Virus record (IMG/VR): IMGVR_UViG_2778261303_000002
From: a virus
Taxonomy: Duplodnaviria > Heunggongvirae > Uroviricota > Caudoviricetes
Reading direction: 5' to 3' (one strand)
DNA length: 7,743 nucleotides
The notes beneath the pieces are model-generated. The model saw only the letters and a program-made list of their open reading frames with translations. It was not told the DNA's origin and ran no database searches. A program made the translations under genes and the position numbers. This document shows, in pieces, positions 1-7,743 of the stretch (the first letter of the stretch is position 1; each line of letters starts with the position of its first letter).

Positions 1-2798
1 GCAGATTTGTCAAAAGTCTGCCCCTGCATCAGGGCATAACCAGACGGAACGGTATCTGATGGCCACGGGATTGGTGCGCCAACTGGGTAGCTTTCTGGTG
101 GAAGATTTTTCGAGGTATAAACTTCTGCCCAGCCTTCCTCAAAACCATAGCCATCTCTTGAGGAACGGTAGAACAGACCTCCATTTCTGTAATGCGCCTT
201 CATCTGCAGGGTCCGGCAACTTCCGACTCCGGTATAGAAGTTAACCAGAATATAGCTGTCGCCAGAGCGGGTGACATTGTAAGCGCCTGATTCGGCATTC
301 CATGGAACGCCCCCATCCGCATCGGCATACGTATCCGTTGCCCTTCTGGCAAAAGCAGCCACATGCGCGGCGGTTAAAGTAATATCTTTGGAACCATCAA
401 ACTCAACACCAGAAACCAGTCTTGGCGTTTGCAGCTTTGTTGCTGTTAATGCATTACCGTTCAGACTTGCGGACAGTTTGGTTCCAATAACCAGTTCGCC
501 GGTTGCGTTATCAATAGCAAACGGTCTTAATGTATTCCAGCCACCATAAACATCACCTTGATTGGTAAGCAGCAGGTAAGTTTTAGCGCCATCATTACGC
601 CATAATGCACCATACTCCCCACCTATCATTCGAATCTGATTACCACCACGCGCTACAATTTCGTCTGTGGCAAAAAGTTTTTTGCACGACAAGTTATCGT
701 TAACGATTAACGAATGAGACTCATAAAAACCACGCCCACTCTTAAAATCAAGGATAACGTCCGCCGCGATACATTCAGTCGCTGGATTTGTTGCCCCAAA
801 CTTATAGGTCGTATCATTAACAACGAGATCAGCACCAGGTGCGGATATTGACAGGCCATCTTCGATAAACGCAAAAACAGGGAAAGCAGCGCCATCAACA
901 TAGAACACAGAGCGCAAATCATCGCCCTTATTACTCATCATTATTGAGTGGATGGCTCGTTCATTGTTTTGATATTGCCAGAACATTCCATAAGCATAAC
1001 GCCCCCTGTCAGTCCAGCCACCAGGCATAACAAATCCGTTAAACTCGCAGTTATTCATCGGATCGCCTGCGGTTCGCGTTGCCGTGGTGATAATGACCCT
1101 TGATGCCAGTTCGCTTACTGAGCCAGCAGAACGCATAACAACAACAGGGTAATATTTTCCAGATGTTGCACCTGCAGGAGCGTTAACCCGCACATAACGC
1201 ATACCACGCTTATCAGCAAAGTCTGTTTTACTGACCGCGTTAATGTTGTTCAGGAAGCGTCCCTTATCGGGTATATCAGCGCCGTTCTGGTCTTTCTGCA
1301 GACGTTTCTCTGCATTGTCATAGGCTGATTTTACTGCCTTTGGCGTTGCCGCCAGCGTTTCAGACGTACTGTTGGTCGCACTGCTGAGCTGTACTATCCC
1401 CTTTTTCGTCGTGCTCGCATCCTCAAGCGCCACGGCGGATGCAATATCCTCTGCCCGTTTTGCCGCTGTCTCGGCGCGCGTTGCCGCGGATTCCGCCGTA
1501 CTTTTGCTCTGTGCTGCCGCCGTCGCACTGCCAGCTGCCTCTGTCGCCTTCGTGGATGCTGTCGTGGCGCTGCCCTTCGCTGCTGACGCCTGTCTGGTCG
1601 CCTCATCTTTTGAAGCAGACGCCGATGATGCCGATGACGCCGCCGAACTGGCTGACGATGCGGCAGCCGTTTTTGAGGATTCTGCGCTGGTTTCCGACGC
1701 TTTCGCGTTCGTTTCGGATGTCTTCGCTGCGGAAGCTGACCTCGCTGCTGCGCTGGCCTGTTCAGTGGCTTCGCCAGCCTTCGTTGTGGCTGTTGAAGCG
1801 GATGATGCGGCGCTTTCTGCCGATTTTCCGGCGGCGGTGGCACTGGCTGAGGCCTGCCCGGCACTTGTTGACGCGGCGCTGGCAGATGATGCAGCCGCTG
1901 TTTTTGAGCCTGCCGCAGCTGAGGCGCTCTGTCCCGCTGCCGTCTCAGAAGACCTGGCGTTCGTCTCGGACGTTTTTGCCGCCTTCGCGGAATTTCCTGC
2001 CGCCGTTGCCGAGGAAGCTGCACTACTGGCGCTTGATGATGCGTTCGTTTCTGATGATTTTGCCGCTTCTTTTGAGGCCGCCGCATCCCGGGCCGAGGTC
2101 GCAGCTTCTGATGCCTTCGTGGTCGCGGTGGATGCAGATGTGGCTGCTGATTGTTGTGACGCTGAAGCATTCGTTTCTGACGTTTTCGCCGCACCGGCAC
2201 TGGTGGCCGCCGCGCTTTTTGAGGACTCTGCAGCGGCAGCACTTTTTGATGCTTCAGTGGCCTTTGTTGATGCCGTTCCTGCGCTGGAAGACGCTGACTG
2301 AGCCGACGACGCGGCCTGTCCGGCTGACGTGCTGGCTGCGCGTGCTGAGTCCGCAGCATCAGCCGCATGGGTTGCCGCCTCACGGGCTGATGTGCTGGCA
2401 TCACTGGCTGACTTCTTCGCGGCTGCCGTGTTCTGTGCCACCGCGGACGCGTTACGCGCCACCTCTTCCACCATCAGTTCAAAACGGCGCAGTGCCTCCG
2501 GACGGGCATCATCCTCCGTCATGGCACCGAGAAAATCATTCAGCGTACCGGGTTGAGAATCTTCATACACGGTGATGGTCCCGGCATGTGACGGCGGGAA
2601 TCCTTCCACCAACAGAATAACGCTGTACTGACCGTACTCAACGTCCATGCTGTAACGCCCGGCTTCATCCGGATTTTCTGAGGCCAGCGTGTTCACCACC
2701 ACCGTGGTGCTGTTACGTTTTGCTTTCAGCTGGATTGTGCAGTTCTGTACCGGTTTTCCTGTGCCGTCTTTCAGTACACCTGAAATCTTTACTGCCAT
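1..2798 (-). CDS. stf: Side tail fibre protein (lambda Stf / StfR-like), N-terminal ~932 codons; the 3' end and stop lie beyond the left edge of the window
   Basis: Hand translation of the minus strand: ATG at 2798-2796 gives [14 protein letters not shown], the recognisable lambda-type Stf N-terminus. The same frame (codon top coordinate = 2 mod 3) gives [28 protein letters not shown] around 2300-2217, [20 protein letters not shown] at 959-900, and [23 protein letters not shown] at 68-1. SD-like GGGGTG lies 4-5 nt upstream of the ATG. Not in the ORF track because no stop occurs inside the window. Only four segments were translated by hand, so an internal frameshift cannot be fully excluded. 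Confidence 0.88.
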   Translation of the reverse strand, partial: MAVKISGVLKDGTGKPVQNCTIQLKAKRNSTTVVVNTLASENPDEAGRYSMDVEYGQYSVILLVEGFPPSHAGTITVYEDSQPGTLNDFLGAMTEDDARPEALRRFELMVEEVARNASAVAQNTAAAKKSASDASTSAREAATHAADAADSARAASTSAGQAASSAQSASSSAGTASTKATEASKSAAAAESSKSAAATSAGAAKTSETNASASQQSAATSASTATTKASEAATSARDAAASKEAAKSSETNASSSASSAASSATAAGNSAKAAKTSETNARSSETAAGQSASAAAGSKTAAASSASAASTSAGQASASATAAGKSAESAASSASTATTKAGEATEQASAAARSASAAKTSETNAKASETSAESSKTAAASSASSAASSASSASASKDEATRQASAAKGSATTASTKATEAAGSATAAAQSKSTAESAATRAETAAKRAEDIASAVALEDASTTKKGIVQLSSATNSTSETLAATPKAVKSAYDNAEKRLQKDQNGADIPDKGRFLNNINAVSKTDFADKRGMRYVRVNAPAGATSGKYYPVVVMRSAGSVSELASRVIITTATRTAGDPMNNCEFNGFVMPGGWTDRGRYAYGMFWQYQNNERAIHSIMMSNKGDDLRSVFYVDGAAFPVFAFIEDGLSISAPGADLVVNDTTYKFGATNPATECIAADVILDFKSGRGFYESHSLIVNDNLSCKKLFATDEIVARGGNQIRMIGGEYGALWRNDGAKTYLLLTNQGDVYGGWNTLRPFAIDNATGELVIGTKLSASLNGNALTATKLQTPRLVSGVEFDGSKDITLTAAHVAAFARRATDTYADADGGVPWNAESGAYNVTRSGDSYILVNFYTGVGSCRTLQMKAHYRNGGLFYRSSRDGYGFEEGWAEVYTSKNLPPESYPVGAPIPWPSDTVPSGYALMQGQTFDKS
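1500..2470 (-). repeat. GC-rich, Ala/Ser/Thr(+Lys/Glu)-rich low-complexity coding repeat inside stf (fibre shaft); boundaries approximate
   Basis: The true stf frame here reads [27 protein letters not shown]-type repeats. The strong codon-level bias leaves several frames open on both strands (track ORFs 1372..2301 +, 1394..2404 -, 1439..2575 +, 2329..2556 +). Sampled GC is about 63% here versus about 47% in distal stf (421-480). Confidence 0.7.
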
Positions 2799-2809
2799 AT
2801 TCACCCCAC

Positions 2810-2836
2810 AAAAAAGCCCGCCTGAACCGGCGGGCT
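2810..2836 (-). terminator. Putative rho-independent terminator between lom and stf (minus strand)
   Basis: Inverted repeat gcccgcc (2816-2822) / ggcgggc (2829-2835) with 6-nt loop, extendable by an A-T pair at 2815/2836. On the minus strand it is followed directly by TTTTTT (complement of 2810-2815), which runs into the stf RBS. No comparable T-tract on the plus strand. Confidence 0.55.
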
Positions 2837-2862
2837 GTCATAACACTGTGTTACCTGGCTAA

Positions 2863-3462
2863 TCAGAATTTATAACCGACACCCACGATGAAACCGTCAG
2901 TGCGCCAGTCACCACTGCCGGAGCCTTCATAAGCAATATCAATGGCCACGGATTCGGTCGGGTTAAACTGCACGCCAGCTCCCCACGCCAGAGACGTGTT
3001 GCTGTGGCGACCGTCATCACTTCCGGTCAGCACGTCGTGCGTTTTCCCCTTGTTGTCAGTTACGCGGAGATAATCCCCGGAGAAAGTCGACACACGGCTG
3101 TAAGCCACACCCGCCATCGCATACGCGCTGAACCATTCATTCACGCGCACAGACGGCCCCGCCATCACGCTGAACCAGCGGTTACGCACGGAATCTTCAT
3201 GCCAGCGGGTATCGCTGTAATGCGTTTTTTGCTCATCTTCAGCGTTGGCATAACTGAATGACGTAATCAGCCCCAGCGTGTCCGTAAACTCATAACGGTA
3301 TTTCACGTTAATCCCGTTCAGATCATCGCTGCCGGGAGCGTTCGTACGGGCATGAAGATACCCTGCGCTCAGTGTGGCCTGCTGCTCAGACGCCCATGCA
3401 GGCGCACCGGATACGGCCAGACAGATGGCTGCGGACAAAATGGCTGCACAAACTTTACGCAT
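2863..3462 (-). CDS. lom: Lom outer membrane protein (Ail/Lom/PagC/OmpX-family beta-barrel), phage lysogenic-conversion 'moron'
   Basis: 199-aa [31 protein letters not shown]..., near-identical to lambda Lom as I recall it. Signal peptide with AWA/S cleavage motif, and a C-terminal ...GVGYKF ending in Phe, typical of OMP beta-barrels. SD GAGAGG upstream of the ATG. Position between J and stf matches lambda gene order. Confidence 0.95.
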   Translation of the reverse strand: MRKVCAAILSAAICLAVSGAPAWASEQQATLSAGYLHARTNAPGSDDLNGINVKYRYEFTDTLGLITSFSYANAEDEQKTHYSDTRWHEDSVRNRWFSVMAGPSVRVNEWFSAYAMAGVAYSRVSTFSGDYLRVTDNKGKTHDVLTGSDDGRHSNTSLAWGAGVQFNPTESVAIDIAYEGSGSGDWRTDGFIVGVGYKF

Positions 3463-3486
3463 AATTACCTCTCGCTTTTCTGCAAT

Positions 3487-3510
3487 AAAAAAGGCGCCAT
3501 TTCTGGCGCC
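3487..3510 (-). terminator. Putative rho-independent terminator between J stop and lom start (minus strand)
   Basis: Inverted repeat ggcgcca (3493-3499) / tggcgcc (3504-3510) with loop tttc. On the minus strand the hairpin begins 20 nt after the J stop and is followed by TTTTTT (complement of 3487-3492). Confidence 0.5.
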
Positions 3511-3529
3511 CGTATATGGGTTATAAAAT

Positions 3530-6500
3530 TCAGCTGATACTGATGCCTGCGGTGGCTTTCTTCATCACCACAACCAGCAAATCGCTGATACTTGCTGTGG
3601 GATACCAGTCATTTACCAGCCATGCTGACACCGAAAACTCCAGCGTCATGTGGCCGTGACCAGCTGGCATATCAATAACACCACTGTAAATCAGCGTATT
3701 ATCCAGCGCGGTACGGTTATAAATTTCAGCACCATTTTTCTTCACTATCAGGCGGCATGACGAATAAATATCGTTATTCTCCCGCTCATGTTTAGCGCCG
3801 CAGAATGCCACCGCTGGAATAACAATTTGCCTGTCAAAAGGCTGATCGTCATAAATCCTGACGGTAATGGTCCCTGATGACCACCGCTCCGGTGCCCGGG
3901 AGTCCCGCGGGAAAGCCTTACCCACTGTTTTGACAATATCGCCTTCAATCTGATTGGCTGACAGTTTCCCCTTAATCTGACAGTTCTCATTAATCGTGAC
4001 GTTGTTGAGCGTCCCTGAGTTCGCATTCACACTGCCACTGATATCCGCATTTTTAGCGGTCAGCTTTCCGTCTGATGTCAGGGAAAATACCGGAGGACTG
4101 CCACCGCTGGTAATGGTGGGGGCCGTCAGGCGCTTCAGGAACACGTCGTTCATGAATATCTGGTTGCCCTGCGCCACAAACATCGGCGTTTCATTCCCGT
4201 TTGCCGGGTCAATAAACGCGATACGGTTAGCGGCAACCAGAAACTGGCTCAGCTTGCCTTCCTCCGTGTCCTCCATGCTGAGGCCAATACCCGCGACATA
4301 ATGTTTGCCGTCTTTGGTCTGCTCAATTTTGACGCCCCACATGGCATTCCATTTATCGTTAGCGTCCTTCCACTCTTTCGAAAACTCATCCAGTCTGCTG
4401 GCGTTATCCTCCGTCAGATCGACTTTTTCCAGCAGCTCCTTGCCGAGATGGGATTCGGTTATCTGCCCTTTGAAAAAATCCAGGTAACCTTCCGCATCAT
4501 CGCTCGCCCGACCGACGGCCTCCACAAATGCCGATTTGCCTACGGTGTTCACACTGCGAACGTAAAAATAATAATCATGGCCCGGTTTGATATTGATACT
4601 GGCGGCTATCCAGTACAGCGCCGTACCAAGATAGCGCGCTGTGGTTTCAACCTGCCTGATATCGGTAATCCGCTTTTCCGAGAACCAGAACTCAAACTGT
4701 ACCGTCGGGTCATAAACGGCAAGATGCGGCGTGGCGGTTATCTGAAAATAGCCCGGCGTCAGCTCAATCCGCGACGGTGCTGCCGGTGCGGCAATCCGGA
4801 ACGATACCGACGCCGGATCGCCCTGCTGCCCCCACGCATTTACCGCCCGGACTGTCAGCCTGTAGTTCCCCAGCGCCAGTTGCCTGAAGCGGTATGTGGT
4901 TTCCGTCGTCCGGGCCGTGCTGACCAGCCGCTCACTGCCGTCGTCCGCTGTTACGGTCAGACGGAGCAGGAAGCTCACCCCCTTCACCACCTTCGGCGTG
5001 TCCCAGCGCGCCAGTACCTGATACTCCCCGCTGTCTGCGGTGACTTCGGCAGTCAGGTGCTGCACCGCTGGCGGCGTGACACCATTCACCGTGCCGCTCT
5101 GGTCGCCGTCAAAGTACGCCCCGTTATCCACGATGGACTCTTTTTCCGGTACATGCTGCACGGCGGTGATGGCATACGTGCCGTCGTCGTTCTCACGGAT
5201 ACTCACGCAGCGGAACAGGCGCTGGCGCAGCGTCGGCAGCTTCAGCCCCCACACGCTGTATTCAGCAACACCGTCAGGAACACGGCTCACTTTCACCTTC
5301 ACGCCGTCGGTGACGGACTGAACCTCCACGCTGATCGGATTGCCACTTCCGTCAACCAGGCTTATCAGCGTGGTACCGGAGGATGGCAGCGTGATTTCAC
5401 GGTCGAGTGTCAGCGTCCGGGTCTGGCTGTTCACCGCCAGCACGCGCCCGCCGGTGCTGATACCGGCATAGTCATCATCGCAGATTTCAATGACATCGCC
5501 CGGCACATGGCGAAGCCCTTCTGCGCCCACGCAGAAGTCCACGGTCTGCGTTTCCAGCAGTTCTGTTTTAATCAGCCACAGCCCGGCGCGGTGTGCCTGC
5601 CCCCGACTGGTACAGCCAAAGGCATCCATCTTCGTGACGTTACGACCGTAACGGGCAATGGCCTGCGTGTCCTCCACAAGCTCTGTTGCCGTCTCCCAGC
5701 CGTTGTTCGGGTCAATCCAGTTCACCTCAACGGCATTATGGCGGTCCTTCAGGGCGCTGAAGCTGTAGCGGAACGGCGCGCCATCATCCGGCATCACCAC
5801 ATTACTGCGGTTATAGGTCCACACCTTATCCGACGGCCGGTCCTGCACGAACGTCAGCGTCTGCCCGTTCCATACCGGCATACAGCGCATCGCCGAGCAG
5901 AAATCACTGAGCACATCCCACGCCTTACGTTGTGTGGTCAGGTAAGCGTTACAGGTGATGCGCGGCTCCGTACCGCCAAAGCCGTCCGGCACCGACTGGT
6001 CGCAGTACTGGCCGATGACATACAGCGCCCATTTATCCACATCTGCCGCACCAAGACGTTTCCCCATGCCGTAGCGCGGGTGGGTCAGCATATCCCACAG
6101 ACACCAGGCCATGTTGTTGCTGTATGCCGGTTTTAACGTTCCGTCCCAGATACCGCTGTATTGTCGCGTCTGCGGGTTATAGTTCGACGGCACCTGCAGA
6201 ATGCGCCCGCGAAGATGATAATTACGGCTCACCTGCTGGCTGCCGAACTGCTCCGAATCCACCTGCACGCCGACCAGTGCCGTGTTCGGGTAGCACTGTT
6301 TCACATCGATGATTTCGGTGCATGACGACCAGAGCGTTTTGTTCTGCAGCTGGTCTGTGGTGCTGTCCGGCGTCATCCTGCGCATCCGGATATTAAACGG
6401 GCGCGGCGGCAGGTTATCCACCACCACCGAGGCCAGATACTGCGAGGTGGTTTTGCCCTTAATGGTGATGTCTTTTTCCGTCACCCAGCCACCGTTACGC

Positions 6501-6925
6501 TGTATCTGAACCAGCAGGCGGACTTCCGATGGATTCCTGTCCCCCTTTGAGGTGGTTTCCACCAGTGCCTGCACACCGAAGGTAAAGCGCAGACGGTCGA
6601 TGTTTGCCGACGTGATGGTGCGGGTGATCGGCGTGTCATATTTCACTTCCGTACCCAGCACAGTCTCGGAGCCGGAGGATTCAAAACCTTCCGGCGGTGT
6701 CTGCTCCTGCTCACCTGCCCGGAAAACCACCGTGACACCGGAGATATTGGTATTCCCCTCACTGTCCAGCACTGGCGTACTGTTCAGCAGCACACTTTTT
6801 AATCCGTCCACCGGACCTTCAACCGGCCCTTCGCTGATGGCGTCTATCACGCTCAGCATCTGGGATGATTTCAGGTTGTCCTTCGCTTCGCGCGGGGTAT
6901 GCCCCTTACTGCTGCCTTTACCCAT
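3530..6925 (-). CDS. J: Host specificity protein J (tail tip / central tail fibre, receptor recognition)
   Basis: 1131-aa ORF beginning [20 protein letters not shown]..., matching lambda J (1132 aa) along most of its length as I recall it. Follows I after a 60-nt gap. The C-terminal ~140 aa appear to differ from lambda J (see findings). Confidence 0.97.
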   Translation of the reverse strand: MGKGSSKGHTPREAKDNLKSSQMLSVIDAISEGPVEGPVDGLKSVLLNSTPVLDSEGNTNISGVTVVFRAGEQEQTPPEGFESSGSETVLGTEVKYDTPITRTITSANIDRLRFTFGVQALVETTSKGDRNPSEVRLLVQIQRNGGWVTEKDITIKGKTTSQYLASVVVDNLPPRPFNIRMRRMTPDSTTDQLQNKTLWSSCTEIIDVKQCYPNTALVGVQVDSEQFGSQQVSRNYHLRGRILQVPSNYNPQTRQYSGIWDGTLKPAYSNNMAWCLWDMLTHPRYGMGKRLGAADVDKWALYVIGQYCDQSVPDGFGGTEPRITCNAYLTTQRKAWDVLSDFCSAMRCMPVWNGQTLTFVQDRPSDKVWTYNRSNVVMPDDGAPFRYSFSALKDRHNAVEVNWIDPNNGWETATELVEDTQAIARYGRNVTKMDAFGCTSRGQAHRAGLWLIKTELLETQTVDFCVGAEGLRHVPGDVIEICDDDYAGISTGGRVLAVNSQTRTLTLDREITLPSSGTTLISLVDGSGNPISVEVQSVTDGVKVKVSRVPDGVAEYSVWGLKLPTLRQRLFRCVSIRENDDGTYAITAVQHVPEKESIVDNGAYFDGDQSGTVNGVTPPAVQHLTAEVTADSGEYQVLARWDTPKVVKGVSFLLRLTVTADDGSERLVSTARTTETTYRFRQLALGNYRLTVRAVNAWGQQGDPASVSFRIAAPAAPSRIELTPGYFQITATPHLAVYDPTVQFEFWFSEKRITDIRQVETTARYLGTALYWIAASINIKPGHDYYFYVRSVNTVGKSAFVEAVGRASDDAEGYLDFFKGQITESHLGKELLEKVDLTEDNASRLDEFSKEWKDANDKWNAMWGVKIEQTKDGKHYVAGIGLSMEDTEEGKLSQFLVAANRIAFIDPANGNETPMFVAQGNQIFMNDVFLKRLTAPTITSGGSPPVFSLTSDGKLTAKNADISGSVNANSGTLNNVTINENCQIKGKLSANQIEGDIVKTVGKAFPRDSRAPERWSSGTITVRIYDDQPFDRQIVIPAVAFCGAKHERENNDIYSSCRLIVKKNGAEIYNRTALDNTLIYSGVIDMPAGHGHMTLEFSVSAWLVNDWYPTASISDLLVVVMKKATAGISIS

Positions 6926-6947
6926 TCCTCACGCTCCAGAAACGACA

Positions 6948-6967
6948 AAACCGCCCTGAGGCGGTTT
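6948..6967 (-). other. Stem-loop in the I-J intergenic region (minus-strand transcript)
   Basis: 8-bp inverted repeat aaaccgcc (6948-6955) / ggcggttt (6960-6967) with loop ctga, inside the 60-nt gap between the I stop and the J start. On the minus strand it is followed by TTTTGTCGTTTCTGG and then GGAG...GAGGA-ATG of J. Weak terminator or mRNA structure; function unknown. Confidence 0.3.
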
Positions 6968-6985
6968 CACATAAAACGTTTTTCA

Positions 6986-7657
6986 TCAACGACCAATCAC
7001 CACAACCTGGCCACCGTCCCCCTCGTCTGCCGTGCTGATCTCCTGAGAAGCCACCCGCGACCCCACGCGCATTTCACCGTACAGAACAGGCAGAACATTG
7101 CCCTGGGCAACCATGTTATCCAGTGAGGAGAAATAGGTGTTCTGCTTACCGTTATCCGTTGTCTGTATACGGGGAGTTCTGGCTTTCGGTGCCAGCATCT
7201 GCGCCACACCACCGAGCACCATACTGGCACCGAGAGAAAACAGGATGCCGGTCATACCACCGGCCCCAATGGCTGCCCCCCATGCTGCAAGGGTGGCTCC
7301 GGCGGTAAAGAATGATCCGGCAATGGCGGCAGCTCCCAGGACAATCTGGAATACGCCCCCTGACTTGGCTCCGGCGACTCTGGGAACAATATGAATCACA
7401 GCGCCGTCAGGCAGAGTCTCATGTAACTGCGCCGTTAACCCGGACGTGCTGACGTCCCGCCCGGCAATCCGTACCTGATACCAGCCGTCGCTCAGTTTCT
7501 GACGAAACGCCGGGAGCTGTGTGGCCAGCGCCCGGATGGCTTCAGCCCCCGTTTTCACACGAAGGTCGATGCGGCGGCCAAATCGTTGTAAATCCCCGTA
7601 AAGGCAGATGCGCGCCATGCCCGGTGACGCCAGAGGGAGTGTGTGCGTCGCTGCCAT
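6986..7657 (-). CDS. I: Tail tip assembly protein I
   Basis: 223-aa ORF MAATHTLPLASPGMARICLYGDLQRFGRRIDLRVKTG..., the same length and, to my recollection, essentially the same sequence as lambda gpI. Its start lies inside the 3' end of K in a different frame, as in lambda. Confidence 0.95.
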   Translation of the reverse strand: MAATHTLPLASPGMARICLYGDLQRFGRRIDLRVKTGAEAIRALATQLPAFRQKLSDGWYQVRIAGRDVSTSGLTAQLHETLPDGAVIHIVPRVAGAKSGGVFQIVLGAAAIAGSFFTAGATLAAWGAAIGAGGMTGILFSLGASMVLGGVAQMLAPKARTPRIQTTDNGKQNTYFSSLDNMVAQGNVLPVLYGEMRVGSRVASQEISTADEGDGGQVVVIGR

Positions 7658-7743
7658 TTGTCGGTGTACCTCTCTCGTTTGCTCAGTTGTTCAGGAATAT
7701 GGTGCAGCAGCTCGCCGTCACCACAGTAAATGGCGGCATGATT
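7555..7743 (-). CDS. K: Tail assembly protein K, C-terminal 62 codons only; 5' end lies beyond the right edge of the window
   Basis: Minus-strand translation from the window edge gives NHAAIYCGDGELLHHIPEQLSKRERYTDKWQRRTHSLWRHRAWRASAFTGIYNDLAAASTFV then stop (TGA, complement of 7555-7557), matching the lambda gpK C-terminus as I recall it. Overlaps I by 103 nt out of frame. Confidence 0.9.
   Translation of the reverse strand, partial: NHAAIYCGDGELLHHIPEQLSKRERYTDKWQRRTHSLWRHRAWRASAFTGIYNDLAAASTFV

Larger units (their letters stand above)
1..7743 (-). mobile_element. Lambdoid phage/prophage late-operon segment (tail tip and tail fibre module: K-I-J-lom-stf)
   Basis: Gene order, orientation and spacing (K/I overlap 103 nt, I-J gap 60 nt, J-lom gap 67 nt, lom-stf gap 64 nt) closely mirror the lambda late region as I recall it. 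Prophage boundaries are not in the window. Confidence 0.85.

Noticed and set aside
1-120. Invertase (Pin/Gin) crossover site within the stf 3' region
   Set aside because: I found no recognisable inverted crossover-site motif in the portion of stf within the window. If an invertible segment exists it lies beyond the left edge.
1372-2301. 309-aa Ala-rich ORF on the plus strand
   Set aside because: It is antisense to the stf shaft repeat. Its extreme Ala/Asp/Val composition is what the reverse complement of Ser/Ala/Thr codons produces, and the true minus-strand stf frame runs uninterrupted through this region.
1394-2404. 336-aa Arg/Pro/Gln-rich ORF on the minus strand
   Set aside because: Same strand as stf but in the wrong frame (codon tops = 1 mod 3 versus 2 mod 3 for stf). 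Its composition is a frame-shifted reading of the GC-rich repeat, not a real protein.
1400-2500. Possible CRISPR array or other non-coding tandem repeat
   Set aside because: The repetition is imperfect and codon-based, lies inside a continuous protein-coding frame, and shows no regular repeat-spacer architecture.
1439-2575. 378-aa Leu/Pro/Arg/Trp-rich ORF on the plus strand
   Set aside because: Antisense artefact of the same GC-rich repeat. The composition is implausible for a real protein and it overlaps stf entirely.
3463-3529. A sigma70 promoter for lom
   Set aside because: The candidate -10-like hexamers (TATAAC, TATACG) lie upstream of the hairpin/T-tract, which would terminate transcription before lom, and they lack a convincing -35. 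I could not support a promoter call from sequence alone.
4301-6136. 611-aa ORF on the plus strand inside J
   Set aside because: Antisense to the highly conserved J coding sequence. Its Arg/His/Pro-rich composition is typical of a spurious open frame opposite a GC-rich gene.
1-7743. A novel defence or accessory system hidden in the window
   Set aside because: All sizeable coding capacity is accounted for by K, I, J, lom and stf in a lambda-like arrangement, with intergenic gaps of only 60-67 nt. The only accessory-type gene is the already known lom moron.

Overview
This window is the tail-tip and tail-fibre module of a lambda-like (lambdoid) phage or prophage, read in reverse: every gene is on the minus strand. 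From high to low coordinates it holds the 3' end of tail assembly gene K (partial), tail assembly gene I, the host-specificity gene J (1131 aa), the outer-membrane 'moron' gene lom, and the first ~932 codons of a long side tail fibre gene (stf) that runs off the left edge. The stf gene is absent from the supplied ORF track because its stop lies outside the window; I recovered it by translating the minus strand by hand at four points that all share one frame. Hairpin-plus-T-tract terminator-like structures sit in both intergenic gaps flanking lom. I do not see a previously undescribed system: all coding space is accounted for by these well-known genes, and the large extra ORFs in the track are off-frame or antisense artefacts. 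The points worth a second look are the compositionally distinct, apparently non-lambda 3' end of J (the receptor-binding module), the mosaic long tail fibre with its Ala/Ser/Thr-rich repeat, and the terminator-insulated lom cassette. All homology statements rest on my recollection of lambda and E. coli prophage proteins, not on a database search.
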